From Camelus dromedarius (taxonomy: Eukaryota), in the NCBI RefSeq assembly GCF_036321535.1, contig NC_087453.1, forward strand, positions 11,780,001 to 11,844,000: a DNA stretch of 64,000 nt. Direction: 5' to 3'. Below the pieces are notes generated by a model. The model searched no databases and was not told the origin of the DNA. It was given only the letters and a program-made list of their open reading frames with translations. Both the position numbers and the translations under genes were made by a program. Shown here piece by piece: positions 47,561 to 64,000 of this stretch (its first letter is position 1; the number at the start of each line of letters is the position of its first letter).

Positions 47561-49161
47561 AAACACTCACCCACCGGTCTCTCCAGGCCTTGACCCCAGC
47601 AGTTGCCTCTTGGCGTCTGAAGGCATTAGAATGAAGGTTGAAACTTGGACCATGTACCCCCTCAATCCTCAGGGAGCTGAGTTTCATTCCCCAGACGGGT
47701 GATTCTGGGATGGGCTGAGAATGCAGGGGTTTAACAGCTGTGGAGTTCCCCAGAACCCCTTTAGCTCTGCGTTAGAGGTAAGATGTCCGTGAATAGAATT
47801 GGATCCGACTTATTGATGGTAGAGAAAGCTACTCTTATCAGGTCACAATTGGGAGTAGTAGAAAGTGCATGAATTTTGCAGTTAGAAAGTTGAGTTCAAA
47901 TCCAATGTGATATGGTGATTAAGACCATTGACTATCGGATTGGGCTGCCTATCTTTGTTCTACCACTCATTAGCTGTGTGATCCACTTTTCCTTCTGTGC
48001 CTCAGTTTCCCTATCAATGGAATGGGGATAATAGTACCTAACTCATAGGGTGCAGTGAGGATTAAGTGAGTTAATTCATGTAAAGTACTTAGAACTGCGG
48101 CACGAGTAAACCTCCAAACAGTGCTATGCCTCATTTACTATTATTAAATTCCAACAGCCACTACTTACTAGCTTAAAGACCTAGGCACGTTCCCTTCTGA
48201 ACCAGTTTTCTTACTTCTGCAAAATTATTATGCAGAATAAAATAAATAATGTACATAAAGCACATATTAGGTCATCAAGAAATGTTAATTATCTCTGTGC
48301 TCCAATATCAGCCTTAAAACAATAAGACAACTTCCTGGGACCAAACTCTTTGGCCCTGTTAAGGAGGTTTTTACCTTGAGTCTTGAATGTCCCCTGCCCT
48401 CTAACCTCATTAGGCAAAGCAATGCCAGTGGACACTATTTGGTATCATGGCTGACCGAAGTCATATGCAGGACAGATAAAGAAAAATTAAAAGAAATGTA
48501 GGAGGAAGCGATAAAGAAAGGGAGTACATATGGTCTACATTACTACTTGAGTCATAGCCACTATTCTTTTGGGTTTTGTCAACTAGCCTTCATACAGTCC
48601 AAGAATGACCTGTGTGGGCTAGAGGAACCAAGGTGTAGGTTTTTGGTACATTCGTATTAGTTCTGAGCAAACTCAAATACTGCCTTTCTGTAGTTTTTGG
48701 ATAGTTTTTAAGTAGTCTGTTCCATCCTCTCTCTTCTAGGTTGCTAGGATGGACAGGGGCCACAGTGCGTTTTATTATCTTTGGCTGTTTTCTTTAGTCA
48801 TGTCTCTAGTCCTTCCCTCTGTCGTTTTAGCTGTACCTGTGTCCTTACAAATCCCTTTAGGGCTCTCTTTGATCCTTTATCTGATGCCTATCCCCCCATT
48901 TCCCAGCCTCCCACTAGATTCCTTATCCTTGTCCAGGGGTGTTGTGTATTTTACAGAGTCTGATCATTTCCATCACATGTGTCTCTTGGTAGTGCCAGGA
49001 ATTTTCCCATACACCAGCAACCAATCACTTTTCTTCTTGTCAGAAGAAGCCATCCTTGGGACTATTGAGAAAGGGAAGACTTTGAGGCTGGATTGAAGCT
49101 TAGCCTTTCCATTCCCTTGCTTGATACTCTGGGCAAGATGTACATGTCTGACCTGAACTGA

Positions 49162-58255
<9,094 letters not shown>

Positions 58256-58447
58256 TATGTCCTGAGCTTCTTTGGTGACTCCAGGGAGCTTGTCCAGCCA
58301 GCCAGGAGAGGATGCTGTCCTGGGGCTTGTGACCCTCCCAGGGGGTTTCACTGCCCTCTCTGCTCTGCTTCTGTTCCTGCCGCTGCCCCGAGCATGGGAA
58401 ACACAGCCCTGGGCTTGGGCAGTGGGGATGTGGTGCTTCTTTTCCCT

Positions 58448-58453
58448 AATAAA
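58448..58453 (+). terminator. WFDC3: WFDC3 polyadenylation signal
   Basis: AATAAA about 190 nt after the stop codon. Confidence 0.85.
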
Positions 58454-59204
58454 GGCTGGTGCTGACCCCCTGGTCTGTGCTGTTGGAGGGCTAAGACGAG
58501 GAAAGAGAGTATGGGGTTCTGACCATGGCTGTGGGATTATGGGACTGACTTCTTTAGGAAGGAGAGGGGACCTGAGAACATCGAAAATGGGCTGGTTGGG
58601 TGTGGCCAGAGAGGAGATGGGTGGAAGCCCAGGGTGACTTGCCACAGATGTCTAGTTCAGGCTCCAGGAGTGGGATAGTCAGGCCTCTTTTGAGACCTGC
58701 TGACCTTTCTTTTGTTGGAGAATGTGGGCTGGGGATGGAACTGGGCTAGTTTTTTTTTTTTGTAGTCTCTTGGATGTTCCCACCCTGGGTCATCTTCCTT
58801 GAGGGGCCAGCCCTTGGCTCCAAGATAGGTGGTTTGTCCTCTCCAGGTAGCTTTGCTATAGGGAGGGGATGTCTTTTGGCTCTTGAGACCAAGATAATTT
58901 TAAAAAATTGTATTTTTTTATGTATACAAAATGGATCATATTCTGTCTTGGAGATCTTTTATGTCATCACATTCTTTTAATAGAACTTGATGAAAATAAC
59001 CAACTAGTTATCTCTTGTTGGGCATTAATATCCTTGAACATGTAAAAATCTTGGCCTACTTTTGCAGGTAAATCTGGGTAAATTCTTAGTAGTAGAATTC
59101 TAGTTTCTTAAATAGAGCCTGGCAAAAAGCCAGGCTCTCAGTAAATATTGGTTGAGTGAATGAAAAATGAATGTAATTCCCAAGACTAGCCCATGAGGAA
59201 TTTG

Positions 59205-59640
59205 TTGGTGTGCAATTCATTGAAAACCCAACTGACAGTGGCGTAGCCAACAGAGACATTTAATTTTCTCATGTCTGAGTCTGGAGAGGCAGTGAGGCTG
59301 CTTCAGCAGCTCAACCACAACACTCAAGGCCAGACTCATTCCTTCCTTCACCATCCTCAGTGTGCAAAAGCCAGTGTGCTGGCTTTTGTCCTTGTGCTGG
59401 TCACCTCACAGGTGTGAGAAGGTTCCTCTTGATGTCACAGCAGGAAGAGGGTGTGTGTAGAGCACAGTGGCGAAAAGACCTTGACCTCAAACCTGCTCTC
59501 CGTTTAATGATGAAGGCTGTCTTCCCCAGAAACCCACCCTTCACACGCTTCCCTTGTCATTGCACTGGCCAGAACTCTTGCTGCAAGAGAGGCGTGGAAA
59601 GCAAGTGTCTGCCAACACCAATGGGAAAGTGACCATCTTA
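59205..59640. mobile_element. MLT1-type LTR fragment
   Basis: gaaaacccaactgacagtggc...ttgtgctggtcacctcacagg...ccttgtcattgcactggccagaactc...ccaatgggaaagtgacc. Confidence 0.5.
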
Positions 59641-60892
59641 GAGGAACCTTGCATCATCCCTGAGGCTAAGGGAGGTGCCACATGGCTATAAATATCAAGG
59701 TTCTGTTAGGAAGAAGGAAGGGAATGTTTGGGGTATAGGTAGGTATTATACTGGGTCAAAGGACATAATGCATTTATTTTTTATTTTAGTATTTTTCCTG
59801 GGCAAATTTTTAAACAACTTTATTATATAATTTCTATAAAGTACACATATTTCAGATGTACAATTTGACAAATTTTGATAGATATATACACCTATGAAAC
59901 CACCACCACAATCAAGATACCTAACATTTCCATCGCTTCCCAAGAGGTGCAAATTTTAAACTCCCAATTTATCCCTTCCCACCACCTTGACTCCCGGGTA
60001 ACCGTAAGTCTGCACATACGCATTTAAGATTCGGACAGAAATTGCTAAGGAGGCAGAGCAAAAAAGGTATCACTGCTCACAATGAATGCTGCAAAAATAC
60101 TTTTTTGTAATTCCCAACTTTAATGGAAAAAGCTGAAGTATAAATTTTAAAAAATTTCTCACCACTGCTGGGGTTTTGTGTCCCCTTTCCCGCCTCTGTT
60201 TTTCTGCTGGCATGTGGTATTCTGGTTTCTGCTGGTCTAGAACATTCACCTCTGTATAGAGGAGACATATTCCAGCATTTCCTGATTTGAAAAAAAGCAG
60301 CTGGCACGAGCCTCGCGGTGGTTGTCCAAGGGACACCCACACCTCCAGGCTCACGTTGCAGGGAGCTGGGAAGGATGGGGGACCATGTGATCGGCAGCTG
60401 AACATTTTGGCAGCCCCTCCTCTCCCCTCCCATTCCATTGTTTTGCTTATCGTTTATTTGATGTTTATTTTAGGTATTTTTTTAAATGAAAATCAAAATA
60501 ATACATGCACTTAACTCGGTATGGAAAAGCTTTTAATGAAAGAACAGTCCGTGGAATCTTAAAATACTGTACGATGATTTTCACCTGTATGGGGAGTTGG
60601 ACTTGAGAGGGAGGTGCAGCTCAGGCTGAGCACGGGGAGAGGAATTCCTTCTAGATCTTTCCTTCGCATCTGGAGCAGCCTGTCTGCCTGGGAGCTGCTG
60701 ACCTGCCTCATGGTAGCAACGAAATGAGAGAGAGAAAACATGAGCTAAAAGGCTGAATTTGAACTTGGGATTGTGTTGGACCTGGAGATCAAGGGCTGAG
60801 ACGGGGCCAGATTCTACGCTTTCCCTCACCCCTCGCCGCTTCCAGGCCTTTCTGAGCAGCTTTTCCCACTGTTGTACTGTTGCAGAAAAATG

Positions 60893-61480
60893 TGTTACAG
60901 CTCAGTTGTAACAACAACCTGCATCCAGCAAGAAACCAGCCCTGGCAGAGTTGGAGAACCCACGTTTATTACGCCAACAAACCTAGAGGAATTAACACTT
61001 CAGGCTCTTAACCCCATTTATATGGTTACACAGGCCTTTATAGGCTGTCAGTTTTACCCTTTGCAACATCATATGCAAATAAAGTATAACAGAAGTTGAC
61101 CAACCAGGAACAAGCTTTGTAGAAATAGACCAATCAGGAGTGAGCCCCATGCAAATGAAGTACTACAAATGGATCAATCAGAAGTTAGGGAAGTGGACCA
61201 ATCAGAAGTAAGAGTAATAACCAATCAGGAGTGAAGGAAATAACCAATCAGAAGTGAGCTCAGGGAACCAATAGAATTCTAGGTGTAAGTTAGCCGCTTT
61301 AGAGGCAAAAAGTGAGATAAAGCCTCTGGGCCAGGGAACCGGACGGTGCTTGGAGGAGCGCAGTGGCCCTGCCTCGGGGTACTGCTGGTCTTTTTACGGG
61401 GCTTCCCACCTCAGTACCCTAAACCAAAGGAGCCACCTGAGCTTTTTCTTTCTCAGAGTTTAAGGCCTCAGTGGATGGAC
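60893..61480 (-). mobile_element. ERV solo LTR with tandem CCAAT repeats
   Basis: On -: repeated gattgg units, TATAAA (61042-61037), AATAAA (60970-60965), terminal ...tgtaaca at 60893. Confidence 0.75.
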
Positions 61481-61574
61481 CCTGGTCCTACTCCCTAACC
61501 TTGCACCCTGAAATTAGCTTCTTTCTGATCATGTAGAAAAGCCACACACCTCCCCGTCTCTGATACCAGCTTCC

Positions 61575-62248
61575 CATTGGTTGACCTTGGGAGCTTCCCC
61601 GAGTGAAATCTGAAACCAGCCTCTCACTCCAGAGGGCACACACAGGGCAGGGAGAGGAAGAAGAAAAAGGCAGACCACTCTCCTCGGCAGGTGGCAGTTT
61701 TAATAAGCAAAGGAACTGACACACGATGTTTATTTTGGGCAGCCCAAAGATGAGCGGACTTATGCACCTGCCTCCAGGAGCTGAAAATGTTACAGAAATC
61801 CCTTAACTGGGTTCAGATGTACACACCGTGCACAAGGTCTCAACAACATTACTCTCTCAAGGCTGCGTCCTTGGAACAGTTCCCACTGTGAAACTGGTGG
61901 GCAGAAGGTACATTCCAAGGACTAGGGAAGGGGTGGGGAGCCTCCCATGGCCCCCCAGCTCACGGGTCAACCAGCGGTCACATCCTCTCGATGACCTCTT
62001 TTAACCGCTTCTTGCGGTGGGCAGGAATTTCTGGGGCTCCGAAACTTGCAGTCCTCAAGTGTAGGTCAACCAAGGCCTGTTCTTTGACCAGAGCCAGAGG
62101 GGTCTCAGCTCCTCCCTTCTCCATCCCTTTCCCGGCCATCTGGCGGTAGAAATCTCTGGTGCCCTCAGCCCCAGTGGCACCATGGACCCGTGCGTCTTCT
62201 CCCCGTTGCTGTTCTGGATTTCACTGCTCTCCGGTGGGGCACAACGTC
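61575..62248 (-). mobile_element. Second ERV1 solo LTR (cetartiodactyl type), same orientation
   Basis: On -: gttgtgccccaccggagagcagtgaaatccagaac...gcggttaaaagaggtc...cttggaatgtacc...tttgcttattaaaactgccacctgc...tttcagatttcactcgggaagctccc; recognised by eye, boundaries approximate. Confidence 0.65.
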
Positions 62249-63949
62249 ATTGGTAAGTAGGGTATGTGGATGAGAGGGGCAGGAGGCTCAGCCCATGTCC
62301 TTGGCAAGGGGCCCTCTTGTCCAGGGGATCAGTGCACAGAAGGCCAGCCCCATTTAGATTCACAAGCATAAGTAAAGAAGGAAGCCCCCATAAAAGTTAT
62401 CAGTGGACACTTAACTGCGCATCATGTCCCAGGTGCCGAGCTAAGGACTTTCCATGCACTATCTCATTTAATCCTGAGCGGCCCTGTGATGTTGCCGCGT
62501 GTTTCAGCTGAGGAAACAGAGTCAGCAAATTTAAATAACTTGCTCGAGGCCCTGGAGTAAGTGGCAGGGCTAGCTTGAACCTTGGTCTGTTTGACCTCAG
62601 AATTCTTCTAACTTTGATATTCTTTCTCTCCCTATAAAGTTGTGGTAGGCTAGTGGTTTGGGTTCAGCTGACAGTTTGGTAAGTAAGAAAAAGAGGGACA
62701 GGCAGGGGTTAACTCTGGGGTCTCGTCAGGATTGGCTGCATCATACTCTCCCTTTCACACTTTCCCATTCATACTCTGTCATCATGTTCCTACATACTGC
62801 CCATCAGATAACAGCTCTTGAGTTGTTTTCTTCTAACAACGACCTGGACCCCAGCTCCAGCCTGGACCAGGATGCCAGTGCACCCAGGACAGGAAAATGA
62901 AATGGAATTTGTGAAGGTAGGGGCAGAGCCCAGATACTGAACACAAGGTGAGGATGTTCAGTGAGAGCTCAAGACCTAGTGGAGTTGGTGGGGGGCTCAG
63001 GTGCTTCTCCTCTGGGACCCCAGACCCCAAGATTTTGGCGCTGGGACTTTTGAGTGTATTCTTTGCTGGTGCTTTTATGCTCAGAAGCACCAGAGGGCAG
63101 CAGAGGTCTGTCAGAGACCATTTCCACACAAGAGACGTGATGTTCTAGAAGCCTAGTTAAGACGAAAGTCTGAGTTCCTCCCAACTTTTTCAATCCACTT
63201 TGAGAAAAAGTTACCTAGCTGGCTACACCCTAGATCCCTATGGAATTACACGTAATGAAATAAGACCTAACATTATGCTCTTCCTTTTCATGTGATGGGG
63301 AATGCTTCTGCACTTTTGGTGACATTTATCCACAGTGTTGTATCAGTGTTTCTTGTACAAAGCCATGGGGCATAGTCCTTGTGGAGCTGGAGATCAGGGC
63401 AGTTTCCCTCTCATGATGAGCTGTTGTGAAAATGGGCAGGGAAAGAACTTGTTGGACATCACTTATGTTGCCAGCCCCTGTGAAAGGTTCTGTCTAGAGG
63501 TGGTGTTTCATTTTGGTTACTAGGAAGCCAAGAACTTGGGTTGTGGAGTGGGGTCTGGGTTTGAATTTAGACTCTGATGCTTACTATCTTGGTGCAAAAT
63601 GAATAAGGATAATAAAATTATCACATTGCCTACCTCAGAGGATTACTGGAAAGAGTCAGTATGTAAAGAAATGCTGAGCACAGAGCCTGACAAAATGCAC
63701 GCTCAATAAATGTTAGCTATTGTTACTTGATTTCTTTAACAAAATTAATCTCTTCCTGTGACTCTCTTTTATTACTTGTCTCTGCTGTTTTTTTTTTTTT
63801 TTCCTTCTTTACTCTTGGCTCAGTGATTTTCAGTTTCAGGTAATCAGTTTTATGGTATTAAGTTCCTCAAATCCTGTTTGAAAGAAAGTGGGGTATACAT
63901 AAGTGAGAGGTTGGTACCAGTTAGAATTTTTAGGCAGAAATATCTGGAG

Positions 63950-64000
63950 CAGCACTCTCCAGTAGAAATATCATGCAAGCTACATATATAATTTCAAGTT
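63950..64000. mobile_element. Start of a MER3/MER33-like element, cut by the window edge
   Basis: cagcactctccagtagaaatatcatgcaagctacatatataatttcaa. Confidence 0.45.

Noticed and set aside
62880-63080. Minus-strand LGLELSLNILTLCSVSGL resembling a SPINT/WFDC signal peptide, about 95 nt after CATAAAA
   Set aside because: No ATG, no convincing donor and no Kunitz or WAP exon found downstream in the window; position is suggestive by synteny but the evidence is too thin.

Overview
Mammalian genomic DNA, most likely a camelid: it carries tRNA-derived vic-1-like SINEs and cetartiodactyl-type L1 3' ends, and I saw no Alu, Bov-tA, PRE1 or CanSINE. The window is the inverted equivalent of human 20q13.12. 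It holds six protein-coding genes that I reconstructed exon by exon with consistent reading-frame phases: ACOT8 (+, 317 aa, ends in SKL), SNX21 (-, 364 aa), TNNC2 (+, 160 aa), UBE2C (-, 179 aa), DNTTIP1 (-, 329 aa) and WFDC3 (+, 233 aa, four WAP domains). The first ~300 bp look like a bidirectional promoter; by synteny the partner is ZSWIM3, but none of its coding sequence is in the window. Two 148-nt N-runs hide TNNC2 exon 3 and most of UBE2C exon 4. The rest is intronic or intergenic DNA rich in MIR, L2, L1, MER and LTR relics. Almost all entries in the six-frame ORF track are spurious or exon read-through. I found no new multi-gene system. The most interesting signals are at the splicing and regulatory scale: an 11-nt frame-shifting SNX21 microexon, a GC-AG intron in SNX21, a stronger stop-introducing acceptor upstream of ACOT8 exon 5, face-to-face ACOT8/SNX21 poly(A) signals 28 nt apart, an ERV RNase H/integrase relic in DNTTIP1, and an LTR with a phased CCAAT array plus two octamers. 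Comparisons with human or mouse orthologues and repeat family names are from memory, not from searches.
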